This document shows, piece after piece, positions 49,390 through 58,774 of a stretch of DNA of 64,000 nucleotides (its first letter is position 1; each line of letters opens with the position of its first letter). A program made the translations under genes and the position numbers. The DNA comes from an uncultured Puniceicoccaceae bacterium (GTDB lineage: Bacteria > Verrucomicrobiota > Verrucomicrobiia > Opitutales > Coraliomargaritaceae). The stretch is taken from positions 10,028 through 74,027 of the forward strand of contig CAZZKC010000001.1 of the NCBI GenBank assembly GCA_964654795.1, written 5' to 3'. The notes under the pieces are model-generated. The model had not been told where the DNA came from. It was given only the letters and a program-made list of their open reading frames with translations, and ran no database searches.

Positions 49390-51771
49390 CTACTTTGTCT
49401 TCATTTTATAAACACCATCCCAATTAGTGGGCGGAGATTCTAAAAATACGCGACACCGACTAAGCAAAAGAGCAGACGGAGATGTTGGCGCGAACGAAGC
49501 AGAAGGCTCTACTTTTAATGACTCGTTAAAATACGCGATCGCTTCGTTCCAATCTCCAGCCAAGTAAGCATCGAAGCCTTTTTCGTAATGCTCACGGCAT
49601 GTCTCCGCCAACTTCTGATTAACTGAACCATCCCAGAGTTCATAAATTTCTACCGGTTCACTCCTCCCTTTCACCACAATTCGATCAAGTCGACGGTAGC
49701 GCAATTCTGCCCCCATATCGAGAGCGCCTTTGAGCGTAGACTCCGTGATCATAGTATAAACTCCGTATGTTTTGGCTCCACTTTCACAACGAGCGGCAAG
49801 GTTAACGGAATCACCCATCATCGTATAGTTGAAGCGGACTCGACTTCCCATATTACCAATTACTGCAAGGCCAGTATTCAAACCAATCCGAGTGCGCATA
49901 CCCAGCACCTCATCAGGCCACTTGCCTTCACTTGCCCACTTGTCACGAAGTTCTGCGTGTCGCTCCTGCATTCGAATAGATGCCTTACACGCCCGTGCAG
50001 CATGATCAGGCAAAGGAAGCGGCATTCCGAACATAGTCACAATCGCATCGCCAATATACTTGTCGAGTGTTCCACCTTCAACTTGTAAAGCTTCCGTCAT
50101 AGCACTCAGATACTCGTTCATGATCGATACCAGTTCCGGAGCAGGAAGCTTCTCTGAAAGCGCAGAAAATCCCTCAACATCAGAGAAAAATGCCGTTACT
50201 TGAGCCTCTGTTCCGCCTAACTCAGGGTCGCGATGCGACTCGATCATGTTTTCAACAAGTTCTGGAGATACATATGCACCGAAAAGGTTTTTGATGCGAC
50301 GTCTTTGAACCTCTTCAGAACCAAGCTTCAATGAAGTTACACAAAAGACTGATGTTAATGCCGCACCAATGGGAGTGACCAATGGAAGTACCATATCAGC
50401 TTGAGCAAAAGACAAAAACACAATTCCAGCGTATAGTAAAATAACTAAAAGAGACCCTACTCTAAAAAACCGTCTCCCCCAACCTCCTAATAAAGCTAAA
50501 AATGTAGCTATTATCGCAAGGCCAAACGTAATAACGATTTCCTTTCCAAAAGTAAGCCGTGATATATACGCTTCCTGATCAAGAGTACGGAAAAAATTTG
50601 CGTGCACCGCAACCTTGGGCGTCGGCTCCCGATCAAAAGGCGTTGGCGCTATGTCTTTCAAAGTCGCATCTACTGGACCTACAAAAACCGTTTTATCCTT
50701 AAAGCGACTAAACCAATTTTCAATTTCTTCAACTAAGACAGTATCAGCTGCTTCTGAAGCCTGAGCCAAAGCATCTGCTTTTTCCAAAACCATCTTAATA
50801 CTGTAATGAGGCGTAGCACCATCACGATTCCACCCTTCAAACCAATTTACTTCCGCACACTGATTATGTGTTAGTGGAATTCGCCTAAATACGTCACCAT
50901 CTTTTCGAATTACAAGCTCGGAATCACTGCGTTCAACTGCTTCAGGCCCGAGCCGATGTGTAGCTAAGAACATTTCCAAGCCAAGCGAAAAGAGACGCAA
51001 ATTTGAATGGTCTGGAACAGAAAATGTTGCCCAACCATCCTTATCCGCTACCTTGAACTGCCCATCCTCCGCAATTACTTGAGCACCATCCATAAATTCG
51101 CTCATATGCGCCATTGCTCCGTCAACTAGGTGCAAACTAAAGCGCGCGCCCGACAAATCCATAAACGCTGGCACCCAATAAGGTATAGCACCTCGATTAA
51201 GTTCTTCATCTACATTAGCCAGACCTAATCTTCCCGCATCGAATGATATTATTGGATAGGTCGGAGCTTCCGGAAACGGGATAACCTTAGGATCATCAAA
51301 ACCGTGTCGAATCAACAAGAGATTTGCATCTTCATCGGAAATAGCTGAATAGACTCCAGTGTAAGCCGCAGCTAAAACAACCTGATCTTTATAATGTTCA
51401 ACTACTTGTCCAAAAAATTCATCCCCTTTTCTTGCCCTAGAAACATCTAATAAGGCTCCGGGACCAAACTTTGAAAAAATTATATCCAAACCAACAACGT
51501 TTGCCTCCCCAGCTCCAAGAAGCGCATGAACCAAACGACCAAAATCTCTACGATCCCAAGGTCGATCTCCAATAAATGAGATAGCTTCAGCATCTAAATC
51601 GACGTATACAATATCTGAACTCGGTTCCAACTCACCACGGAATTCATAACGCCAACGCATCGCCTCTTTCGCAATTCCATCTAGTAAACCGAATAACGAT
51701 AATACTATCCAAATTCCAACAGAAAAGAAAAATACGGTGATATAATGAAACTGCTGTTTTGAAAATTTCAC
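49390..51771 (-). CDS. CHASE2 sensor - class III adenylate/guanylate cyclase with C-terminal TPR-like tail
   Basis: N-terminal transmembrane helix, about 380-aa periplasmic region and 3 more transmembrane helices (CHASE2 architecture). Cyclase core FFSDVEGFS...KYIGDAIVTMFG...RIGLNTG...GDSVNLAARCES. Confidence 0.85.
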   Translation of the reverse strand: MKFSKQQFHYITVFFFSVGIWIVLSLFGLLDGIAKEAMRWRYEFRGELEPSSDIVYVDLDAEAISFIGDRPWDRRDFGRLVHALLGAGEANVVGLDIIFSKFGPGALLDVSRARKGDEFFGQVVEHYKDQVVLAAAYTGVYSAISDEDANLLLIRHGFDDPKVIPFPEAPTYPIISFDAGRLGLANVDEELNRGAIPYWVPAFMDLSGARFSLHLVDGAMAHMSEFMDGAQVIAEDGQFKVADKDGWATFSVPDHSNLRLFSLGLEMFLATHRLGPEAVERSDSELVIRKDGDVFRRIPLTHNQCAEVNWFEGWNRDGATPHYSIKMVLEKADALAQASEAADTVLVEEIENWFSRFKDKTVFVGPVDATLKDIAPTPFDREPTPKVAVHANFFRTLDQEAYISRLTFGKEIVITFGLAIIATFLALLGGWGRRFFRVGSLLVILLYAGIVFLSFAQADMVLPLVTPIGAALTSVFCVTSLKLGSEEVQRRRIKNLFGAYVSPELVENMIESHRDPELGGTEAQVTAFFSDVEGFSALSEKLPAPELVSIMNEYLSAMTEALQVEGGTLDKYIGDAIVTMFGMPLPLPDHAARACKASIRMQERHAELRDKWASEGKWPDEVLGMRTRIGLNTGLAVIGNMGSRVRFNYTMMGDSVNLAARCESGAKTYGVYTMITESTLKGALDMGAELRYRRLDRIVVKGRSEPVEIYELWDGSVNQKLAETCREHYEKGFDAYLAGDWNEAIAYFNESLKVEPSASFAPTSPSALLLSRCRVFLESPPTNWDGVYKMKTK

Positions 51772-51834
51772 TGAAATGAAATTATATATGGCATGGAGGT
51801 ATCAAAATCTAGACGAGTGAAATAACTATATTAT

Positions 51835-52734
51835 CTATTTCACCTCAGTCTCAAGTGCAAAGAATTTAGGCTTTTTCGTGACTCCCCGATAAGGAATAAC
51901 AGGGGCCGCACGTGGAGCATATTCAATTAATATTGGACGCAATCCATCCTTTACAGACTCACTGAATGAAACGGCTTCAACACTTGTTCGCCTTACACTC
52001 AAAGGCTTCATATGCTCTCGAAACAACTCCGTATCCAAAGCCCCTAATTCATCTTCTGACACAAACATTTCAAAGCGGTTAAATACATCGTGCCCAATTT
52101 CACCAATTTCACCAATTTCAATTGAAAGGCTCGCCGATGAACCAGCACCAGCCAACCTTTGACCAGCTCTCAGTTCATAAATTTCTCTGTTAGTATCGAT
52201 GAACCGAACCACGCCGTCAGCACATCCAATCGAAAAGTCAAAGATTCGACTACGCTCATCGTATTCTAACCTCATAAACCACAATGACGCATTCACTGCC
52301 AAACGTCCAACTGGAGTTTCAATTACCAACTTAGAAGATGCAGGTAATAAACGATTATCGACTACAAGAAGCCCCTCTCGAAGGTTAAGTATCGTTCGAC
52401 TCTGATCTAAATTTCCGGCACTAACTGCCTGCTCAAATCGCTCAATCGCGAAAAAACCAGGACTTTCAACTAGCATTAATAGGTCATTACTCGTCGCCAC
52501 TACAACTACTGAACCTTCTTGGGAAACAAATCGAACGCCTCCCTTGGAATAGTGAAAAGACTCTGCCGGTCCTATACGAACCATCTCACCACCAACAACC
52601 TCAAGTGTTGATTCTCCAGACAAACACCGCAATGCAATCGCTCCATTCGTCCACTTCAAGTCTGTATCCTGGGCTATTAGATCAGAACGCATGGCAACCA
52701 TCATGGCTATAAACATGAATCGCAATATACTCAT
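51835..52734 (-). CDS. secreted FecR-like domain protein
   Basis: Signal-peptide-like N-terminus. LVIETPVGRLAVNASLWFM resembles the FecR-domain beta motif (f.V.TP.a...v.GT.F). ATGA overlap with the upstream gene. Family assignment is tentative. Confidence 0.5.
   Translation of the reverse strand: MSILRFMFIAMMVAMRSDLIAQDTDLKWTNGAIALRCLSGESTLEVVGGEMVRIGPAESFHYSKGGVRFVSQEGSVVVVATSNDLLMLVESPGFFAIERFEQAVSAGNLDQSRTILNLREGLLVVDNRLLPASSKLVIETPVGRLAVNASLWFMRLEYDERSRIFDFSIGCADGVVRFIDTNREIYELRAGQRLAGAGSSASLSIEIGEIGEIGHDVFNRFEMFVSEDELGALDTELFREHMKPLSVRRTSVEAVSFSESVKDGLRPILIEYAPRAAPVIPYRGVTKKPKFFALETEVK
52094..52120. repeat. three perfect tandem copies of the 9-bp unit ccaatttca (in frame, encodes EIGEIGEIG on the minus strand)
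   Basis: Read directly from the sequence at 52094-52120, inside the FecR-like CDS. Confidence 0.9.
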
Positions 52735-54686
52735 AGAATAAGAAGTTTTTGTTGAAGACGGCGCGCGGCGCTATTACCCGGATCAACTTCCAACGCGCGT
52801 TCAACAGCAGTCATTGCCTCGACCCTCTGATCAGAAAAAGCACTGAGAAAAGCCGCTTTAAAATACAATGCATTACTGGTATTCGGAGCTAATTCTAATG
52901 CACGATCAAGTGCAGCACCCGCTACCTCAAAATCACCACTCATTGCTTTCGCAATTCCTAATTGAGCCCAACAGCGCCAATAATCATCTGTCAATGCTAC
53001 GGCAGTCTCTGCGTAATTTGTAGCACGTGCTCCAACTTCACGAAACGATCCAGGGTTTCTATAAAATTGCTGTGTTATCGCAGCACTCAACCCAATCCAT
53101 GCATCAACATTTTTCGGATCTAGTTCGACAGCGTCTTCAAGCAATAAAACAACTTGATCCAACGGCGCCGGATTACTCCCAAGGTGAATTCTCTCTTCAA
53201 TTATTTGATCAAGTATTTGTCGAGCATGTAGTTCCAAAGCTTGCGACTCGACCTTCTTCAGGAAAAATAAATTCAACAGGACCCCCACAATAACTGCTAA
53301 CGCTAAGTAGGAAAGACGAGCAAGCAAATGGCTTGGTAAAACAATTCTTCGATTAAATGCAGCTTTACCAAAAATCCCCAAAAAAAGTGCACCATAAATA
53401 GCCACTCCAATAACATGGCCTATAAAAGTGAATCCCGCGCAGATACCGATCGCACACGTTCCCCCGAGACCAAGAGATAATAAAAATTTATTTGGAGAAA
53501 CAATTTCACCTTTCTGCAGCTTCAAACGGACACGGTAAGGCTCCTTTTTCCATACTTTATAGCCTCTAACAAACACATAAAAGAGTGGAAAAAGAATCAA
53601 AATAGCTCCAATTATTCCAAATTGACTCAACAACAGCAGATAATCGTTCAATGGCGTCAAAGGACTATTTGATAGAGTTACAAGCGTATCTTGCTCTTCA
53701 AACACTTTGGCAAAGCTCCCGGCTCCGGTTCCAAAGATTGGCTCACTAAGAAAAGCAGAATACGCTCCTTTCCATAGAATACCTCTAACTCCATCGCCTT
53801 CAACCGTTAAAGAATTCTCTAATGCTGGAACAAAATTTGGAGAAAATAAATACGCGACCCCGAAAAACAAACCGAGTGAAAGTAGCGTTCCGAATAAAAA
53901 CAAAATACGAGGACGGCTTTTCTTGAAGCATAATATCGCACACAGAGGTAGAAACAACAGAATGGGAATAATCGGCCAGAACAACCCAGCAAAAATCAAT
54001 CCTCCAATAGTCATTAATACGGCATAACCACACAAAATTCGCAAAATAAATGGCAAACGAAGAACCAAAGTCGAAAATATAAAAGCTGGCAAAACAACTA
54101 ATAGAAGAACGGAAAAAGTCTCTGGATCAGCAAAAGTGCCGACTGAACTACCTAAGACATCAGGACTTAACATCACCGAAAATTGAGCCATCGCATCTAC
54201 AACCTTGTCCGGCGTCTGAAAGGCTTGGTAAAATCCAATCAACAACGCATACGCTACTGGTATCAAACCTGCGGTCAGCAAAAACCCTATATGAGCTCTC
54301 GTTCGAACATTGTTCACCAACACCCAAAAGAAAACAAATAATTCCAGTGCATACACTAGTTCGATCCATCCAAGCCAAGGCGTAGAACTAAAAAACAAGC
54401 AGCTCAAAGCGATCCAAATTAAAAAAGGCACGAACCAAATCGGGACCTGACTCAACCGCTTAGGCTCCTCCTTATCCACTGCAAGCCATAAGCCATGCAG
54501 AAACAAAAGCACAGCAAACATTGGTAATAATATCAAATGCGTATCCAAACGTACTCCTCCCAAAACTGTAGTAGCAACGCAAAGGATACATGCCATCCAA
54601 ACGGTGACTAGCCAATCAACCGCATTTCCAAAGGACAACTTCCCAAAGTAAGGAATATTAATGATTCCGTCGACGATTTGTGCCAT
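52731..54686 (-). CDS. O-antigen ligase/polymerase-like (Wzy_C) polytopic membrane protein with C-terminal TPR repeats
   Basis: 651 aa. About 470 aa with more than 10 transmembrane helices and a large loop (LENSLTVEGDGVRGILWKGAYSAF...GTGAGSF, typical of the Wzy_C/O-antigen ligase loop). The C-terminal ~180 aa are TPR-like (ALELAPNTSNALYFKA, ALEVDPGNSAA). Confidence 0.65.
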   Translation of the reverse strand: MAQIVDGIINIPYFGKLSFGNAVDWLVTVWMACILCVATTVLGGVRLDTHLILLPMFAVLLFLHGLWLAVDKEEPKRLSQVPIWFVPFLIWIALSCLFFSSTPWLGWIELVYALELFVFFWVLVNNVRTRAHIGFLLTAGLIPVAYALLIGFYQAFQTPDKVVDAMAQFSVMLSPDVLGSSVGTFADPETFSVLLLVVLPAFIFSTLVLRLPFILRILCGYAVLMTIGGLIFAGLFWPIIPILLFLPLCAILCFKKSRPRILFLFGTLLSLGLFFGVAYLFSPNFVPALENSLTVEGDGVRGILWKGAYSAFLSEPIFGTGAGSFAKVFEEQDTLVTLSNSPLTPLNDYLLLLSQFGIIGAILILFPLFYVFVRGYKVWKKEPYRVRLKLQKGEIVSPNKFLLSLGLGGTCAIGICAGFTFIGHVIGVAIYGALFLGIFGKAAFNRRIVLPSHLLARLSYLALAVIVGVLLNLFFLKKVESQALELHARQILDQIIEERIHLGSNPAPLDQVVLLLEDAVELDPKNVDAWIGLSAAITQQFYRNPGSFREVGARATNYAETAVALTDDYWRCWAQLGIAKAMSGDFEVAGAALDRALELAPNTSNALYFKAAFLSAFSDQRVEAMTAVERALEVDPGNSAARRLQQKLLIL

Positions 54687-54825
54687 TAGTAAATAAAGAA
54701 AGTCATTTAATTGTGAATGAAGCGCGGACTTCTCAAAAGAAGGGGATAAACAGCTCTATCTCTGAAGGAAACAACAAAAACCATTTTGAATAAAAGGAGA
54801 CTTACCCTTAGAAATATTGCAAAGC

Positions 54826-55458
54826 TTAGTCTATGCTCCGAGCAGGATTTCCAAATACACGACTACCCTCACGAACTGAGCGTAAAATGACCGAACCTGC
54901 CCCAACGTATGCATCGGCACCTATGTTCTTCCCCGGGATAACTCGAGCACCAGAGCCAACAAAAGCTCCTTCGCCATACGAAGTATCTCCCATCAAATCA
55001 CAATGCCCACTAATTGTAACAAAACGACCGATTCGAACATCATGCCCAACACTACTCAGACAATTTATCGCAGAAAAATCACCCACCACAATATCTGAAG
55101 TTAAAATGACTCCTGGGCACAAAACAACACCAAAACCGATTTCTACGGCATCCCCAATAATAACACTAGGATGCACTAAACTAATGAAAGAGGCTCCCTT
55201 TTTTGAGAATTGTTCAACCAACCGTCTTTTAATCAATGGAGATCCAATCGCACAAACAAAGACCTCATCCTCTGCCGGCTCATACTCCGAAACACTTCCA
55301 ATAACGCACGATCGCCCATCAAATGAATCCAATGCAGCAGAATTTTTATCCAAAAACCCTCCCAGCGTCCAAATCTTCCCATAATCTGGATGCTGCTGAG
55401 CCCACGCGTAAACCTCACGACCAAACCCTCCCGCACCAACAATAATTAACTTCTTCAT
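54826..55458 (-). CDS. NeuD/PglD-family left-handed beta-helix sugar acyltransferase
   Basis: MKKLIIVGAGGFGREVYAW N-terminal Rossmann-like domain plus hexapeptide repeats; 210 aa. Confidence 0.8.
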   Translation of the reverse strand: MKKLIIVGAGGFGREVYAWAQQHPDYGKIWTLGGFLDKNSAALDSFDGRSCVIGSVSEYEPAEDEVFVCAIGSPLIKRRLVEQFSKKGASFISLVHPSVIIGDAVEIGFGVVLCPGVILTSDIVVGDFSAINCLSSVGHDVRIGRFVTISGHCDLMGDTSYGEGAFVGSGARVIPGKNIGADAYVGAGSVILRSVREGSRVFGNPARSID

Positions 55459-55461
55459 CCT

Positions 55462-56193
55462 CTAAGCAGAATAGCCTCCATCTACAGTGATCGTTGAGCC
55501 TGTTACCCATCGAGCCATATCACTCAACAAAAACCCAACAACACCAGCGACGTCATCGGGCCTTCCGGGACCAAGCGGATATAGCTTCAAGTGAGCAGCC
55601 AACGCTTCATCAGAAAAATCTGCCGCGGCTCCTTCAGACATTTCCGTCTGAACCATACCCGGAGCAACGCAATTAACACGTATCGACTTCGGAGCGAATT
55701 CCCTCGCCATACAACGAACAGATGCCTCTAGGCCTGCTTTGCTAGCAGCATAAACAGAATAGCCAGCAGTTCCTCTCTCTGCAGAAATAGAAGAAATAAA
55801 AACTAAGCTACTCCCGCGTTTCAATTTTTTGCCCTTTAACAGATCACGGATCAATAAAATTGGTGCTTCAGTATTTACCGATAAGCACGAACGAAAACTA
55901 TCTTCATTCAAATAACGAACCGGAGATAGAGGCGCGACTCCGGAAGCGAAAACAACTCCGTCAACAAGATCGCACACCTCGGCTACTTTCAACCGTTCAT
56001 CACCCTTCGATAAGTCACCTTCAATCACTGCAGCACCTCCACACTCATTAGAAATCGCTTCCAGAATATCTAGATTACGCCCACTTAAAATGATTTCCGC
56101 ACCCAATTCATGAAGGTACCGAGCACTAGCGACGCCCAAAGCACCACTAGCACCCAAGACCAAAATATGCTGTTTTTTAAAAGAAAGCATCAC
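55462..56193 (-). CDS. short-chain dehydrogenase/reductase (FabG-like 3-oxoacyl-ACP reductase)
   Basis: VLGASGALG, catalytic YAASK, 243 aa. ATGA overlap with the ACP gene. Confidence 0.85.
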   Translation of the reverse strand: MMLSFKKQHILVLGASGALGVASARYLHELGAEIILSGRNLDILEAISNECGGAAVIEGDLSKGDERLKVAEVCDLVDGVVFASGVAPLSPVRYLNEDSFRSCLSVNTEAPILLIRDLLKGKKLKRGSSLVFISSISAERGTAGYSVYAASKAGLEASVRCMAREFAPKSIRVNCVAPGMVQTEMSEGAAADFSDEALAAHLKLYPLGPGRPDDVAGVVGFLLSDMARWVTGSTITVDGGYSA

Positions 56194-56432
56194 GATACTG
56201 AATCACTGCCAACAATCTCTTTCTCATACAGCTCCTGAAGCGTATCGCTCGCCTTTAATGATTTTGCATTAATCCGTTTTCCATATTCAGCATCAAACAT
56301 CGCAACAACAGTGAGTATCGCAAGAGAGTCCCATTGCTCTATATCACGATATCGAGTAACAGGGACCAAAGATCCCGCTTCAACGTCTTCAACTGCTTCT
56401 TCAAAATCTTCTATAAATTGCTCTAAACTCAT
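56190..56432 (-). CDS. acyl carrier protein (stand-alone, non-FAS context)
   Basis: 80 aa from the ATG at 56432. Phosphopantetheine-site motif EQWDSLAILTVV (DSL). Confidence 0.8.
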   Translation of the reverse strand: MSLEQFIEDFEEAVEDVEAGSLVPVTRYRDIEQWDSLAILTVVAMFDAEYGKRINAKSLKASDTLQELYEKEIVGSDSVS

Positions 56433-56500
56433 AATTGAACTATAATTTTTCAATCTAAATAGAGTATTACATAGAGTGCACAATGTATCGGCTCAAGACT

Positions 56501-57583
56501 CTAATTTACTCGTGAAAAATCGATAACTTCGCAAATAGGCAGGTCACCTAGTGTCAGCAAACAACTCGCCCAAGACAGTCCAACTCCAAATCCAGAAAGA
56601 AGGCACTTCTTGGAGTCACCATCTAACAGAACAGAGCCCAATTCACCACAAAGCGCAGATGGAATAGAAGCAGAGCTCTGATTCCCATACTGCTCGACAG
56701 TCTTCATCGGAACTTTCTCCACTTCAATTTTAAGGCGTTTTGCTATATTCTTCAGTATATATCGATTCGCTTGATGAAAGACAAAATAATCAATCGTTTG
56801 GAAATCAATACCTGAATAATCCACGAGCTCTTGCACCGCACGAGGCTCCTCAGTTATTGAAAAGTTGAAAATTTCCGTCCCGTCCATGAATAAATTTTCC
56901 GGAGTTCGAAAATTACCAGCGTCATCTTCACTCTCTATGGAAGTAGCCGGTGACTTTGGACACCGCTGGCCACCCGCTGGAACAATAAGATTTCGAGCCC
57001 CGCCACCATCTGTATTTAAAATGAACCACGCGGACAGTGAACTCACACTCCGAGTAATAATCGTCGCACTACCTCCATCTCCAAAAAGCGGTGCCGTTGC
57101 TCGATCACGCGGACTCACTAAACGGCTAATAGTATCTCCAGCCAATAAAAGAACGTTCTCACAGCCTCCGTTCTCGACCATCATATGAGCCAACCAGAGC
57201 CCATAAACATAACCCGAACAACCCAGGTTAACATCCAGCGCAGCCACCGTCGACGGCAACTTTAAACGTCCATGTAAAATCGCAGCATTGCATGGTTGAG
57301 GAAAGTCCGGCGTCTGTGTCACAAAAACCAATGCATCAATTGATTTCAGCTCTATCTCAGAAGCCTTAAGTAAATGTAGGGCAGCAGCTTCACATAAATC
57401 AGCTGCGGTAGTATTCTGATCGACAACTCTACGACGATCTAGGCCTATCGTCTTCTTCAGACGGGAAATTTGCTTTTCATTCCCACCGAAAAGATCACGT
57501 TCATCGTTGATGCACTTTTCAATTTGAGGTACACAAGTAACAATTCCTCCAACTCTAGCTTTTTGAAACTGACATTTCGGCAT
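56501..57583 (-). CDS. beta-ketoacyl-ACP synthase III (FabH-like)
   Basis: Cys-His-Asn triad contexts [20 protein letters not shown] and [10 protein letters not shown]; 360 aa. Confidence 0.85.
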   Translation of the reverse strand: MPKCQFQKARVGGIVTCVPQIEKCINDERDLFGGNEKQISRLKKTIGLDRRRVVDQNTTAADLCEAAALHLLKASEIELKSIDALVFVTQTPDFPQPCNAAILHGRLKLPSTVAALDVNLGCSGYVYGLWLAHMMVENGGCENVLLLAGDTISRLVSPRDRATAPLFGDGGSATIITRSVSSLSAWFILNTDGGGARNLIVPAGGQRCPKSPATSIESEDDAGNFRTPENLFMDGTEIFNFSITEEPRAVQELVDYSGIDFQTIDYFVFHQANRYILKNIAKRLKIEVEKVPMKTVEQYGNQSSASIPSALCGELGSVLLDGDSKKCLLSGFGVGLSWASCLLTLGDLPICEVIDFSRVN

Positions 57584-57752
57584 GAAGCAAAACGATGCTG
57601 AAGCTCAGCTACGTATCAAGCCAGTTCGTAGCAAAGCACCTCCAACATCCCATCCATAAGACAATGCCAGCTAATTAAAAACACAAGTGAATCAAACAAA
57701 ACACCAATTGGTAGTGTTATACCTGCCGAAATTAGGCTCAATAATAAAATAC

Positions 57753-57797
57753 AGGGCTGTAATACGAAGCGTCTAGATTACTTCATATTACAGCCCT
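57753..57797 (-). terminator. long stem-loop downstream of the PEP-CTERM-like gene
   Basis: Perfect 12-bp stem agggctgtaata/tattacagccct with a 21-nt loop. On the minus strand it is followed by gtattttatt. Confidence 0.6.
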
Positions 57798-57838
57798 AAA
57801 AGAATTTAGATTCCGTATACTCTAGAAAATTTTATTTA

Positions 57839-58612
57839 TTAAGAAACACGGTTCCTACGACACATCACCGTAATCAAAACGAACAAAGCAGAAACCAAAG
57901 AAAAAGCATTCGATTCCGGAACAACAGTTCCAGTATCAGTATCAAAACCGCTAAAGGTAAGATTATTACCATCAAATAGTAAATTCCGCTTTCTGTTAGT
58001 CGAACCAATAACATTGTATTCGAACACTACCTGATTCTGATCCGTAAACGTAAAAGAAATGGATGCATCTGCTTGATCTTGTGTAAGTGTCGCTAAACCC
58101 GCTTCACCAGCCACGTTAGACGGAGATGTATTTGCCCCACTTACCGTCAATGATCCATCAACATTCGGCGTTAAACCAAGTTCAGTTGTATCAGTAACTT
58201 CATAAGATGCAGCTGTAAACATCGTGATTTCATCATGATAAATACTTTCCCCATCAATATCATAGAAAAACAAATTGTAGGTAAAACTCTGTCCTGGATC
58301 ATAGAGAGTTGTATAACCCGAATCTGAATAAAGGCTTAGTGTGAACGTAGCGGCTCCTCCAGCTTGCTGGTTGATTCTCGCATCACCAGCAATACCACCG
58401 CTAGTTTCTTCAGAACCGTAGATATAGCTAGAATCTGTTGTGATGCGCGCATAAACATCAGTCGCTCCCTCAGCAATATCCCCAAAGGACATCTGATCCG
58501 AGGAATCAAGCTCTGGTTGAAGATTTTGAGTGCCAAAATCCAGATTCAACATCGCCTGTAGTGGCAATGCAGTGATCAAAGAAGCTGCAAGTAAAGAAAT
58601 TCTTTTAGTCAT
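57839..58612 (-). CDS. secreted protein with PEP-CTERM-like C-terminal sorting signal
   Basis: Signal peptide MTKRISLLAASLITALPLQA. C-terminus VPESNAFSLVSALFVLITVMCRRNRVS (VPE + transmembrane helix + basic cluster). Confidence 0.7.
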   Translation of the reverse strand: MTKRISLLAASLITALPLQAMLNLDFGTQNLQPELDSSDQMSFGDIAEGATDVYARITTDSSYIYGSEETSGGIAGDARINQQAGGAATFTLSLYSDSGYTTLYDPGQSFTYNLFFYDIDGESIYHDEITMFTAASYEVTDTTELGLTPNVDGSLTVSGANTSPSNVAGEAGLATLTQDQADASISFTFTDQNQVVFEYNVIGSTNRKRNLLFDGNNLTFSGFDTDTGTVVPESNAFSLVSALFVLITVMCRRNRVS

Positions 58613-58764
58613 TTTATATTCAAATTAAATGTTTATTTAAGAATCCTTTCTTAAAGACATAACAATGGAAATCAAGTAAAAACATGGAAATTTATTTTCA
58701 AGTTAGGACCCCTCATGTATAAAATCTAATACCCTGAAGGGCATCACTTTAAATTTAGTGCTGA

Positions 58765-58774
58765 TGATTTTCAA
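58765..58774. repeat. left copy of 10-bp direct repeat tgattttcaa (candidate target-site duplication)
   Basis: Exact 10-bp match with 60605-60614. Lies at the AT-rich to GC-rich transition. Confidence 0.55.

Noticed and set aside
54833-55384. 183-aa plus-strand ORF
   Set aside because: It is antisense to the hexapeptide-repeat acyltransferase. Repetitive beta-helix coding sequence commonly keeps the opposite frame open.
58737-58748. Alternative IS left end: aagggcatcact as an imperfect inverted repeat of the right end (reverse complement cagggctcctcact, 60593-60606), and aggacccctca at 58705
   Set aside because: Only about 10/14 positions match, with an indel, and no flanking duplication fits. 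The GC shift and the exact 10-bp direct repeat favour a boundary near 58775. The question remains unresolved without other copies.
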